From Bacillota bacterium (GTDB lineage: Bacteria; Bacillota; Ch66; Ch109): a DNA stretch of 64,000 bases. Location of the stretch: contig JBMNLH010000005.1 of NCBI GenBank assembly GCA_050952625.1, positions 64,001 through 128,000 of the forward strand. The letters are read 5' to 3'. The notes below the pieces were generated by a model. The model made no database searches, was not told where the DNA came from, and saw only the letters and a program-made list of their open reading frames with translations. Below are positions 10,097 to 20,344 of the stretch, piece by piece (position 1 is the stretch's first letter; each line of letters begins with the position of its first letter). A program made the position numbers and the translations under genes.

Positions 10097-10877
10097 CCGT
10101 CCCCGTGGCTGGGGTGTTAGCTTCTTTCTGTATTACCCACCTACTAATGCCAGTTATTCTAGAGATCTGTCTGATCGACAAACCCTCGGTACAGAGCTGT
10201 TTTACATATTCATTTTGTTTTTCTCGATCTAGATTCTGCAGTTCATGGCTGTGGTTTACCTGACACACCTTTTTGATTAATTCAATGGCCTCCTGGTCTT
10301 TCCATTTCTTCTTTTCATCGACTTCCAAGCAGACTTCTTTTTCTTCAATGGCGTGGAAGGCTTTAAACTGCTTTTTGGCCTTCTCCCGGTTACCATCAAA
10401 TAAATTGAACACAAAATCTGTATCGACAAGCTTGGGCTGGCCGATAAACTCTCGGTAACTACTCCAGGGATAATCAGTTATCTTGTTTATTACGCCGGCT
10501 TTGATCGGATTTTGATGAATATATCGTAGAACGGTTAAAAAATACCGGTCATCTTCCACCGGCTCGCTTTTGTAACGATCCTGAAATAGATGGCCACATC
10601 GTTCATGTTTCCAGTTATACCAATAAACATAGCTCGCACCGATCCGCCGCATGGTCATGCCCAAGTTTTCTTTTTCTTCCTTCAGCAGCAGATGTACGTG
10701 GTTGCTCATCAAACAGTATGCGTATAATTTGAATTCGCTCTTCTGCTTATATTTTTCTAAGGTCCATAAAAACTGCAGTGCATCTTCCTTATCCTTGAAA
10801 ATAGTCTGCCGGTTGATCCCGCGTAAAATTATATGATAGATCCCGGTTTCGCTTTTTCTTCGAGCCGTTCTGGGCAT
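10050..10877 (-). CDS. REP-associated tyrosine (HUH/Y1) transposase, RAYT/TnpA-REP-like, with C-terminal HTH
   Basis: MPRTARRK..GIYHIILRGINRQTIF; MSNHVHLL (HUH); GHLFQDRYKS; YIHQNP; RBS AAGGAGG; REP-A copies on both sides. Confidence 0.9.
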   Translation of the reverse strand: MPRTARRKSETGIYHIILRGINRQTIFKDKEDALQFLWTLEKYKQKSEFKLYAYCLMSNHVHLLLKEEKENLGMTMRRIGASYVYWYNWKHERCGHLFQDRYKSEPVEDDRYFLTVLRYIHQNPIKAGVINKITDYPWSSYREFIGQPKLVDTDFVFNLFDGNREKAKKQFKAFHAIEEKEVCLEVDEKKKWKDQEAIELIKKVCQVNHSHELQNLDREKQNEYVKQLCTEGLSIRQISRITGISRWVIQKEANTPATGTADCVKTSCLDHECTP

Positions 10878-10927
10878 TTTATTCCCTCCTTATATTGCAT
10901 CATATCACTTTATGGCTGCTTTTGCCA

Positions 10928-11021
10928 GCCATAAGAACCGTCCCTTTGGTTGTTTTTTTGCTGCTTCTGTCAGCCAGAACCTCCGGTCGTGGTCGCCAGC
11001 CACGAGAACCGTCCCCGTGGT
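10928..11021 (-). repeat. REP-A hairpins upstream of the RAYT (10928-10950, 10999-11021, plus a degenerate copy between)
   Basis: GCCATAAGAACCGTCCCTTTGGT; GCCACGAGAACCGTCCCCGTGGT. Confidence 0.9.
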
Positions 11022-11104
11022 TGTTGCCCTATCTTGAGTTATCCATGGTATAATGGGGAAGGAAGGTGATTGTAGAAAATAATACCTATGGGGGGCTAAT
11101 ATTG

Positions 11105-13324
11105 ATGCACAAGATAATATTCGTTTCCAATAGGTTGCCGGTCACGGTCAAAAAAGGGGCAGCCGGGTTTGAGTGTCGGGAAAGCATCGGCGGACTGGCC
11201 ACGGGCTTGAAAAGCTACCATGGACAAGCTAATAGCCTCTGGGTAGGCTGGCTGGGGATTGCGGCAGAAGAATTGAATCTGTCAGAACGACAGAGCCTTC
11301 ATGACAAGCTGCTGAACGAATATAAATGCCGGCCGGTTTTTTTAACAGAGCAAGAAATTAATCAATACTATTATCGATTTTGCAACAAGACGATCTGGCC
11401 GCTGTTTCACTATTTCGTCAATAAAACAGACTGCGAACCGGAAACCTGGGAGACTTATCAGCAGGTCAATCAGAAATTTTTTGCGGCCCTGGAGCCGCTT
11501 ATTGAGGAAAACGACGTTATTTGGATCCATGATTACCATTTGATGCTGTTGCCCCGGCTGGTCAAAGAGAAATACCCGCAGACGAAAGTGGGGTTTTTCC
11601 TGCACATTCCTTTTCCTTCCTTTGAAATATTTCGTTTGCTGGTCTGGCGGGAAGAAATATTGCTGGGCCTTTTAGGGGCGGATTTAATTGGTTTTCATAC
11701 TTATGACTATGTCCGTCACTTTTTAAGCAGTGTTCGGCGGTTGCTGGGCCTGGACCATAATTTTAATAAAATCAGTTATGATGGTCGCTGCGTGAAAGTT
11801 GACGCCTTTCCAATGGGTATAGATTATGATTTGTTTGCTCAAGGCTTTACCGATGAACAATTACCCCGGGAGATTGCTCAAATAAGTGAAAGTATTAAAG
11901 ATGCCAAAGACACTAAGATAGTTCTGTCGATTGACCGGCTTGATTACACTAAAGGTATTCCGGAACGAATCCGCGCTTTTCGCCGGTTTTTAGCCAATTA
12001 TCCTGAGTATCACGGAAAGATTCGGTTATATTTGATTGTCGCCCCCTCCCGGGAAGGGGTAGATTCCTACGATGAATTGCTCAAGGAAATAGAAGAATTA
12101 GTCAGTCGAGTCAATGGCAAGTACGGAACCCTAAGCTGGATGCCGATCTGGTATATTTATCGGATTTTACAGCAAGAGTACCTGATTAATTTTTACCGGC
12201 AGGCTGACGTGTTATTAGTCACCCCGCTCCGCGACGGCATGAATCTGGTAGCCAAAGAATACATCGCCGCCCGGACTGATTATCAGGGGATGCTGGTTAT
12301 TAGTGAAACCGCCGGGGCAGCCAGTGAATTAGGAGAAGCCGTCATTGTCAACCCCAATGACTTTGATGCGATTGCTCTGGGCCTGAAGACGGCTCTGGAA
12401 ATGCCCCCGGACGAGAAGATGATGCGTAATAAAATGATGCATAAACGGCTGCAGCGCTATAACGTAAAGTTTTGGGCCAGTGAGTTTTTAAACAGCTTAA
12501 ACCAGGCGGTGGTCGACTCTGCCCAAAACATCTCTGTTCGAAGCCTCGAAAAAGAGCTGGATAAAATCAAGCAGGCTTATCAGGCCGCCCAAAACAGAGT
12601 GCTTTTTCTGGATTATGATGGTACTTTGGTGGGGTTTCAGCCGATCCCGGCGCAGGCCAAACCAGATCCGGAGCTAAAGGGGTTGTTGGCGGATTTGGCC
12701 AATGATCCGAGAAATACGGTGGTGATTGTCTCCGGACGGGACAAGGATGTCCTGGATGAATGGTTAGGCGACCTGAATCTGCATCTGTTAGCCGCGCATG
12801 GCTTGTGGTTTCGCCACCCGGATCAAAAAGAGTGGAGCATGACCGCACCCCTGGATAATGACTGGAAAGATTCAGTGCGGTCGGTCCTGGTCTTTTATAC
12901 GGATCGAATCCCCGGCTCTTTTATTGAAGAGAAAAATTACTCAATTGCCTGGCATTATCGGCAGTGCGAGCCGGAACTGGTCGATATTAAATTGAATGAG
13001 ATCAGGGAAAACCTGATGTCATTAATTGGTTCTACTACTTTAGGGATTCAGGAAGGAAATAAGGTGCTGGAAGTCAAAGATACGAGAGTAAATAAAGGGT
13101 TTATCTCTTCCATCTTTATTCAGCGCAGCAGTTTTGATTTTATTCTTGGGGCCGGCGACGACTATACTGACGAGGACTTGTTCGCCTCGCTTCCCCCGGA
13201 TGCTTTTTCCATTAAAATCGGCCTGGAAAAGACGCAGGCTAATTATCATGTTAAATCGTGGCAGTCGATGCGCTTGATCCTGCAGGCCCTGGCGAAAATT
13301 AGCAAGATAAATAAGGGTGAGTAG
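11105..13324 (+). CDS. otsAB: Bifunctional trehalose-6-phosphate synthase/phosphatase
   Basis: VSNRLP, WIHDYHL, DRLDYTKG, DGMNLVAKEY; HAD domain FLDYDGTL and GDDYTDED. Confidence 0.95.
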   Translation: MHKIIFVSNRLPVTVKKGAAGFECRESIGGLATGLKSYHGQANSLWVGWLGIAAEELNLSERQSLHDKLLNEYKCRPVFLTEQEINQYYYRFCNKTIWPLFHYFVNKTDCEPETWETYQQVNQKFFAALEPLIEENDVIWIHDYHLMLLPRLVKEKYPQTKVGFFLHIPFPSFEIFRLLVWREEILLGLLGADLIGFHTYDYVRHFLSSVRRLLGLDHNFNKISYDGRCVKVDAFPMGIDYDLFAQGFTDEQLPREIAQISESIKDAKDTKIVLSIDRLDYTKGIPERIRAFRRFLANYPEYHGKIRLYLIVAPSREGVDSYDELLKEIEELVSRVNGKYGTLSWMPIWYIYRILQQEYLINFYRQADVLLVTPLRDGMNLVAKEYIAARTDYQGMLVISETAGAASELGEAVIVNPNDFDAIALGLKTALEMPPDEKMMRNKMMHKRLQRYNVKFWASEFLNSLNQAVVDSAQNISVRSLEKELDKIKQAYQAAQNRVLFLDYDGTLVGFQPIPAQAKPDPELKGLLADLANDPRNTVVIVSGRDKDVLDEWLGDLNLHLLAAHGLWFRHPDQKEWSMTAPLDNDWKDSVRSVLVFYTDRIPGSFIEEKNYSIAWHYRQCEPELVDIKLNEIRENLMSLIGSTTLGIQEGNKVLEVKDTRVNKGFISSIFIQRSSFDFILGAGDDYTDEDLFASLPPDAFSIKIGLEKTQANYHVKSWQSMRLILQALAKISKINKGE

Positions 13325-13335
13325 GTGGTGGTTTA

Positions 13336-15661
13336 ATGCCAGACAGAGCCGCAATTTTTGAGTTGGATAATTTTTGTTTGGATAATTATCACGTTAAATT
13401 AAATGAGGTGCTGTTTCACAATGCCAATGGGTATATCGGGGTGCGTTACGATTTGGAAGAAGGCTATCCGGGCGAATATGATGTGACCCCCAGTCAATAT
13501 ATCAACGGGTTCTATGACTTTGCCAAGTTAGGCCAGGCGGAAAAATTGTACGGGTTGACAGATGAAAAACAAACCATTTTAAACATTGCGAATACCCAGC
13601 CGATCCGGATCACTTTTGAGGATGAGGAGTTCAGCATGTTTACCGGCACCGTGCTGGAGAGCCGGCTGCGCCTGGATATGAATCGGGGGGTAACGGTCAG
13701 GGAGGTCAAATGGCGTTCGCCCCAGGGGAAAGAGATTAAGTTAACGGTTACGCGAATGGCCTCTTTTTATCAACTTCCATTATTTACGATTGAATATGAA
13801 GTGGAGCCGTTAAATTTTACCGGCGATGTTGTGATTGAATCGGTGCATCAGGGAAATGTGTTAAATTATGTTAATCCGGCGGACCCGCGGATTGCGCAGG
13901 AACGGATTCGGTATTTGACCCCCATCAGTTGTGAAATCAAAAAGGGGGCGTCTTATATAACCTCTAAAACCTCAAAATCAGGCCTGGAGGTCTGCACCGG
14001 CGTCAAAAACCTCTTGCCGCAAGAACATCAGCAGGAGTTTATTATAGATAATAATGATGCTGTTTGTCGGTTTAATGCCGTCGCTAAACAGCGAAAAAAA
14101 ATCCGGTTGATCAAGTATGCCGTTTTTTGCGATTCGATTCGCTACCCGGATTGTCGGCAGCAGGCAGAAACTGAACTGAAGAAGGCTTTATCGGTGCCTT
14201 TGGAAGAGTATTACAAGAAGCAAGCCGCTTACCTGGCGGAATATTGGGATAATTGTCTCGTGGAAATCGATGGGGATGAATCGGTGAATAATGCTATTCG
14301 CTACAATTTATACCAATTATTTCAATCAGTGGGCAAGGACAAGTACTGTAATATCTCCCCGAAAGGATTAAGCGGCGATGGTTATGAGGGGCATTATTTC
14401 TGGGATTCCGAGATGTATATCTACCCCTTTTTCACGATCACCAATCCGGCCATTACCCGCAAGCTGCTGGAATACCGGTATGCAACGCTTGACCTGGCTC
14501 GGGAGAATGCCCGGATATTAGGTCATCAAAGCGGGGCGCTGTATCCCTGGCGCACGATTATGGGCCGCGAATGCTCCGGGTTTTTCCCGGCCGGTTCGGC
14601 CCAGTACCATATCAATGGCGATATTGCCTATGCCATTATTGCTTATTATTTAGCGACCAAGGATTTGGCGTTTATTCGAGAAATGGGAGCCGAGATGATT
14701 TGGGAAACCGCTCGGCTATGGATTGATGTGGGCAGTTTTTACGCCGGGAAATTTTACATCAATGACGTCACCGGTCCGGATGAGTACACCTGTATCGTAA
14801 ATAACAATTATTACACGAATGTGTTGGCGCAATACCACTTGACCTGGGCGGTAAAGTTTTACCATCTATTAAAGGCAGCTGGCGGGCTAGCAGATTTGGA
14901 ACGGAAAATCCAGATTAAAGAGTCGGAAATAGCGCTTTTTCAGCGAGCGGCTGAAAGCATGTACCTGCCCTACGATGCGCAGTTAAAAATTAATCCGCAG
15001 GACGACTCCTTCCTGCAGAAGAAACCGTGGGATCTGGCCAGTATTCCGCGAGACAAGTTTCCTTTGCTGCTCCATTATCATCCTCTGCATTTATACCGGC
15101 ACCAGATCTGCAAACAGGCGGATACGGTGATGGCGCATTTTATCCTGGAAGACGCGCAGTCCCCGGAAACCATCTTAAACTCGTTTAATTACTATGAAAA
15201 GATCACGACCCACGATTCTTCGCTGTCCCGGTGCATCTTCAGCATTGTGGCGGCCCGGTTGGGGATGGTCGACAAGGCTTACGCCTATTTTCGAGCACAC
15301 GGTTCGTTTAGATCTGGACAATCTGCATCGGAATACGCCAGACGGCATTCATACCGCCAATATGGGCGGTAGTTATATGGCTGTGGTCTATGGCTTTGGG
15401 GGGTTCCGGCTGAAAGAGAGCGGCTTCTATTTTGCGCCGGTTTTACCGGCGGCCTGGACCGCCTATCGCTTCAAACTCCGCCTGGAAGAGAGCCGGATTG
15501 CCGTGGAGGTCAAGGAACACGAGTGCGTGTTCAGGCTGGAGAACGGCCCGGCCATAAAGATATTTGTCTATGGCCAAGAGTACCGGTTAACTGACACGCT
15601 GACGGTCGGCCGACAGCCGACAGCCACGGGGACGGTTCTTGTGGCCGGTAAGTCGCGGTAA
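13336..15661 (+). CDS. GH65 glycoside phosphorylase (trehalose/kojibiose type), frameshift near 15290
   Basis: KGLSGDGYEGHYFWD, GPDEY, KQAD, HDSSLS; C-terminus DGIHTANMGG continues in another frame. Confidence 0.9.
15623..15645 (+). repeat. REP-A hairpin inside the GH65 3' end
   Basis: GCCACGGGGACGGTTCTTGTGGC. Confidence 0.9.
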
Positions 15662-16040
15662 CATATTAATCCATAACGGATTCGTTTCATGCAGGGTGCA
15701 GAGCCGGTTGAGTCTACTCTCGGTAACATACTAATCCTTAACGCCCGCCGGCAGCCGGCGGGCAACAAACTGGCCTGCTCAAGTCGCGGTAACATACTGG
15801 CCGGTAAGTCGCGTTCCAGCCAAGGGGACGCGTTATGTCGTCGAGGTGAGTTTCCAACGAAAAGGGATCTGGGAATAGGGATCTGGCTCGTAACATATTA
15901 ATCCATATTCGTTATGTCAAAACATGGGCCATGATCTATATATCTAGCGGGGATGGGCAACCATCTAACTAGGAGTTAAAGAAGCAGGAATTTCTAAAGC
16001 AGGAATATTGTTCAACAAAGAAAGGAACGGTTTCGGTTGC

Positions 16041-16709
16041 ATGAAGTACCAAGCGATTATCTTTGATTTAGACGGGGTTATCTGCCACACGGACCAGTAT
16101 CATTATTTGGCCTGGAAACAAATCGCCGATGAGCTCGAGGTCTACTTTGATGAGCAGATCAATAACCGGCTGCGAGGCGTCAGCCGCCGGGAAAGCCTGG
16201 AGATAATCCTGGAAGCCTATCCGGGCCGGCTAACTGAAGAAGAAAAGACTTATTACACCGAGAAGAAAAATGGACTTTACCGTAGTTTACTGCAAAACAT
16301 GTCGCCGGCTGATGTCACCGCAGAGGTAAGGGAAACCCTGGACCAGCTAAGGTCCCAGGGGATTCTCCTGGCCATCGGCTCCTCCAGCAAAAACGCGAAA
16401 TCCATCTTAAAACAAATCGGCCTGGAGGATTACTTCGATGCCGTATCAGACGGGACCAACATTACCCATTCCAAGCCGGATCCGGAAGTGTTTTTAAAAG
16501 CCAGTCAGTTTCTAGGGGTTGAACCGCGGTTGTGCCTGGTGGTGGAAGATGCCAGATCCGGCGTAGAAGCCGCCCTAGCCGCGAACATGGATTGCGCGGC
16601 CATCGGCGACGCCACCAAATACAACCTGGCCCAGTACAACCTCCAACGTTTCTCCGACTTACTGCAAATCAGCCAATTCAGCCACGGGGACGGTTCTTGT
16701 GGCCGGTAA
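16041..16709 (+). CDS. pgmB: Beta-phosphoglucomutase
   Basis: IFDLDGVI, HYLAWKQIA, SSSKNA, KPDPEVF. Confidence 0.92.
   Translation: MKYQAIIFDLDGVICHTDQYHYLAWKQIADELEVYFDEQINNRLRGVSRRESLEIILEAYPGRLTEEEKTYYTEKKNGLYRSLLQNMSPADVTAEVRETLDQLRSQGILLAIGSSSKNAKSILKQIGLEDYFDAVSDGTNITHSKPDPEVFLKASQFLGVEPRLCLVVEDARSGVEAALAANMDCAAIGDATKYNLAQYNLQRFSDLLQISQFSHGDGSCGR
16681..16703 (+). repeat. REP-A hairpin inside the pgmB 3' end
   Basis: GCCACGGGGACGGTTCTTGTGGC. Confidence 0.9.
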
Positions 16710-16861
16710 AATATGAGACATAGCAATAAAACTCTCGGGGGCGATTGACGGAATGGGGATTTATCTGCTAGATGGACACCGGGTTTTCCGAAGACACTGA
16801 TTGCCGAAAATGCTATAATAGATAGCCAACAGAATGATACGTGTAAGCGAGGGGTTATTGC

Positions 16862-17916
16862 GTGATCAATCCTGAAAGTTCTCATCACTGTCTTGATCAA
16901 TTGAAGCATAGAGAATTAGAGCCAGGAAACCAAGCTGGTAACCTGAAGTACGAAGTGGCTTCCCCAACCTTTAAGGCGATTGCCACTAGCAGCCAAACCA
17001 ACAGAAACCAGCAACCCAGAAAGAAAGTCCGGAAAGCGGTTATCCCGGCTGCCGGGCTGGGGACCCGTTTCTCTGCCGGCGACCAAGGCCCAGCCCAAAG
17101 AGATGTTGCCGGTTGTTGATAAGCCGGCTATCCAGTACATCGTCGAAGAGGCAGTTCAGTCTGGGATTGAGGATATTATTATCATCACCGGCCGCGGGAA
17201 GCGGGCGATTGAGGATCATTTCGATAAATCTTATGAGTTGGAGAGCATTCTGGAGGAAAAATGCGATTTCGATAAGCTGCGGGAGATTCGGGAGATTGTG
17301 AACCTGGTAGAGATTCACTATATTCGGCAGCGCGAGCCACGGGGGCTGGGGCATGCCATTTACTGTGCCCGCAAGTTTGTGGGAGATGAACCGTTTGCGG
17401 TTTTGCTGGGTGATGATATTGTGGTTTCGGAAACTCCCTGCTTGCGGCAATTGATTGACTTCTATAATGAGTATGGCGGATCAGTTTTGGGGGTGCAGCC
17501 GGTGCCGCAAAGCGAGGTCAGTCGGTACGGGATAGTTGAATCCATGCCGGATGATTCGATCAAATCTGATCATGCGCAACGCTTGGTGCGGGTTAAGGAT
17601 CTGAGTGGAGAAACCCCCGATTGAGGAGGCTCCGTCAAATATTGCGATTTTGGGCCGCTACATCATCCAGCCGGAGGTTTTTAGTTTTTTGGAGAAACAG
17701 ACCCCCGGGGCCGGCGGCGAAATCCAGCTCACGGATGCTTTGCGGGCGTTAAAGAATGTTAGTCCCATGTATGCCTGTTCTTTTAGCGGTAAGCGGTACG
17801 ATATCGGAACTAAGATGGGTTACCTGGAGGCAACCGTGGAGATGGCCTTGCGCCGCGAAGACCTGAAGGACGAGTTTGCTAGTTACTTGCGGAACCTGCT
17901 GGGAGTAGAGCAGTAG
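16862..17916 (+). CDS. galU: UTP-glucose-1-phosphate uridylyltransferase, two apparent frameshifts (~17071, ~17605); start uncertain
   Basis: KAVIPAAGLGTRF / LPATKAQPKEMLP / EKP..GRY..GGEIQLTDA across three frames. Confidence 0.9.
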
Positions 17917-18218
17917 AGAAAGCACGGGGGAGGTTCTTCTGCTTCTTTGATTTGTGAGGCATGAGGCGTAAAGGGTTGAAAAAATACAAATATGTTTAAC
18001 TTTGCCTAAGGCGTTTTGGATAAAGGTCAGATCTGGTTAGGGGTTGTATGCATCTAACACATTAAGTTAATTAAGTTAATGTTAACATCAGATATTCTAA
18101 CATTTAACGTCTTACATCTAACGTTTAACATTTAACGTTTAACATCTAAATCTATCGTCTATCGTCTAAAAATACTTTGTCGCCGTGGGTGATAACTCAG
18201 TGAAAGGAACTATGCTAA

Positions 18219-19454
18219 ATGCCAGGATTAAAGAGCAAGCCGATTAAGGTTGCCGTTGTTTTTGGCACGCGGCCGGAGGCGATTAAGATGGCCCCGGTGG
18301 TTAAAGAGTTGCAGCAGTATCCGGAGGAGATCATTACTCGGGTGGCGGTTACTGCGCAGCACCGGCAGATGCTGGACCAGGTGCTGGATCTGTTTAAGAT
18401 CGTGCCGGACTTTGACTTAAATATCATGAAGCAGCAGCAGACCTTGTTTGATATTACTACCCAGGCTTTGACCGGCCTGGGCCAGGTTTTTGCCAAGGAC
18501 CGGCCGGACCTGGTGCTGGTCCACGGCGATACGACTACGACCTTTGCCGGGAGTTTGGCCGCTTTTTACCATCAGATTCCGGTCGGCCATGTTGAGGCTG
18601 GGCTGCGGACGCATGATAAGTATTCTCCTTATCCAGAAGAGATGAACCGCCACCTGACCGGGGTCATCGCGGATCTGCATTTTGCCCCGACTGCTACTTC
18701 CCGAGCTAATCTTTTACGCGAAGGCATTGCCCCGGACAAGATCTATGTGACCGGCAATACGGTGATTGATGCCCTGCTGGCCACGGTCCGCCCAGATTAC
18801 CGTTTTCAGGGAGAGCTGAGCGAGATCGTGAGAAGAAATTCTGAGTTGGAGCGGACCGCGGCCGGAAACCAGAGAAGCAGCGGCGAGGGGCAAGATTTTG
18901 TTTGGCGCGAAGCAACGTCCCGGGTAACGGGCAGCCGCCGTCTGATCCTGGTGACCACGCATCGGCGTGAGAACCTGGGTGATCCCTTGCGCGAGGTTTA
19001 TCTGGCTTTTCGTGATTTGCTGGATACCTTTCCGGATATTGAGCTGGTTTTTCCGGTCCATAAGAACCCCCGCGTGCGCGAGGTGGTGGAACAGGTCCTG
19101 GGCGGGCTGGCGCGGGTGCATCTGATCGAGCCGTTAGACTACGAACCTTTTGCCAACTTGATGAACTATGCGACCCTGGTTCTGACGGATTCCGGCGGTT
19201 TGCAAGAGGAGGCCCCGGCTCTGGGTAAACCGGTGCTGGTGCTGCGGGATACCACGGAACGGCCGGAGGCGGTCGAAGCCGGGACCGTCAAACTGGTCGG
19301 GACAAACCGGGAGTCGGTCTATCAGACTGCGCGGGAACTCCTGGCGAATCCGGCGGAGTATGATAAAATGGCTCGGGCAATTAATCCTTATGGGGATGGT
19401 CAAGCGGCCCGGCGCACGGTACTGGCGATCCGGCACTACTTTGGGCTGACGTAA
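18219..19454 (+). CDS. wecB: UDP-N-acetylglucosamine 2-epimerase
   Basis: FGTRPEAIKMAP, HVEAGLR, TDSGGLQEEAP, NPYGDG. Confidence 0.95.
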   Translation: MPGLKSKPIKVAVVFGTRPEAIKMAPVVKELQQYPEEIITRVAVTAQHRQMLDQVLDLFKIVPDFDLNIMKQQQTLFDITTQALTGLGQVFAKDRPDLVLVHGDTTTTFAGSLAAFYHQIPVGHVEAGLRTHDKYSPYPEEMNRHLTGVIADLHFAPTATSRANLLREGIAPDKIYVTGNTVIDALLATVRPDYRFQGELSEIVRRNSELERTAAGNQRSSGEGQDFVWREATSRVTGSRRLILVTTHRRENLGDPLREVYLAFRDLLDTFPDIELVFPVHKNPRVREVVEQVLGGLARVHLIEPLDYEPFANLMNYATLVLTDSGGLQEEAPALGKPVLVLRDTTERPEAVEAGTVKLVGTNRESVYQTARELLANPAEYDKMARAINPYGDGQAARRTVLAIRHYFGLT

Positions 19455-19456
19455 CA

Positions 19457-19820
19457 GCCACGGGGACGGTTCTTGTGGCTGGCAAACGCGGTGCTCAACA
19501 ATGGGGCCGGTTTTTATGGCTGACAAACGTGGTACTATCGGTCGGTTTGTCCCTCGTAACTCGTAATATTATATTAATAATACCCCAGCTTCAAACTTAG
19601 TTGTACAATCCTGAGTTCGGGCTTTGTCCCTCATATTAATTAAAATAATATTCAGAGGAAACCGCTGGGAGTTACAGGCGAGGCAATAGTTTGTCCCTCT
19701 ATAATTAAATAATATCTTGGTTTCGTTTTCTTCGGGCTGTTCTGGGAATTGCATGCTATCTTTTTGTTTGGCATAGCCCCTTACGGAGCTTCTACTAGCC
19801 ACAAGAACCGTCCCTGTGGC
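19457..19820. repeat. Inverted pair of REP-A hairpins (19457-19479 +, 19798-19820 -), REPIN-like
   Basis: Two copies in opposite orientation bracketing non-coding DNA. Confidence 0.85.
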
Positions 19821-19892
19821 TGGGTGTTTATTATGTCTCGCAGGTGGTTATACTTGTGATTAAGTAACTATCTGTTATCGGAGGGGGTAGTT

Positions 19893-20018
19893 TTGGAGGA
19901 GCGAAAGCCTGTAAAACAAAGGGATTTGGTGATCTTTCGCCAGCGGCCGGGTCGGGGGAGGATTTTTACTCTGTTTTGTCAAGCGGCAGAAAAAATTATC
20001 AAAGAGCGTTCTTCATAG
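19893..20018 (+). CDS. Small basic hypothetical protein, 41 aa
   Basis: GGAGGGG RBS, TTG start, MEERKPVKQRDLVIFRQRPGRGRIFTLFCQAAEKIIKERSS. Confidence 0.5.
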   Translation: MEERKPVKQRDLVIFRQRPGRGRIFTLFCQAAEKIIKERSS

Positions 20019-20106
20019 GAAGGACTGGGTAACACGTTTATCGGTAAGTATTAGTCGTTGATTCGAAAAACTATTAGACATCCTGTGGACCTATAATATT
20101 AATGAG

Positions 20107-20150
20107 AATACCGGAGACTCAGTTATTGAGCTTCCGGTATTTTTATTTTT
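20107..20150 (+). terminator. Intrinsic terminator
   Basis: AATACCGGAG...CTTCCGGTATT followed by T-rich tract. Confidence 0.65.
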
Positions 20151-20344
20151 GCTCCTATCCATAATAACAGGGAACTCACCTTTCATAAGTTGTTGTATAA
20201 GAATAAGATGTCGACTCCAGTTGTCATTGCTAAGAGTATAACCATTTATTGTCCGTTATTTTCATAGGTGGTTGTGTCCTTAAGGCATGGGCGGTTAATT
20301 AAAAGTAGAGCTCCAAATTATTAAGATAGGGGTGTCGGCTCTTA

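Noticed and set aside
1-20000. Classical integron
   Set aside because: No tyrosine integrase, and the hairpins lack attC RYYYAAC/GTTRRRY ends; only a functional analogy is proposed
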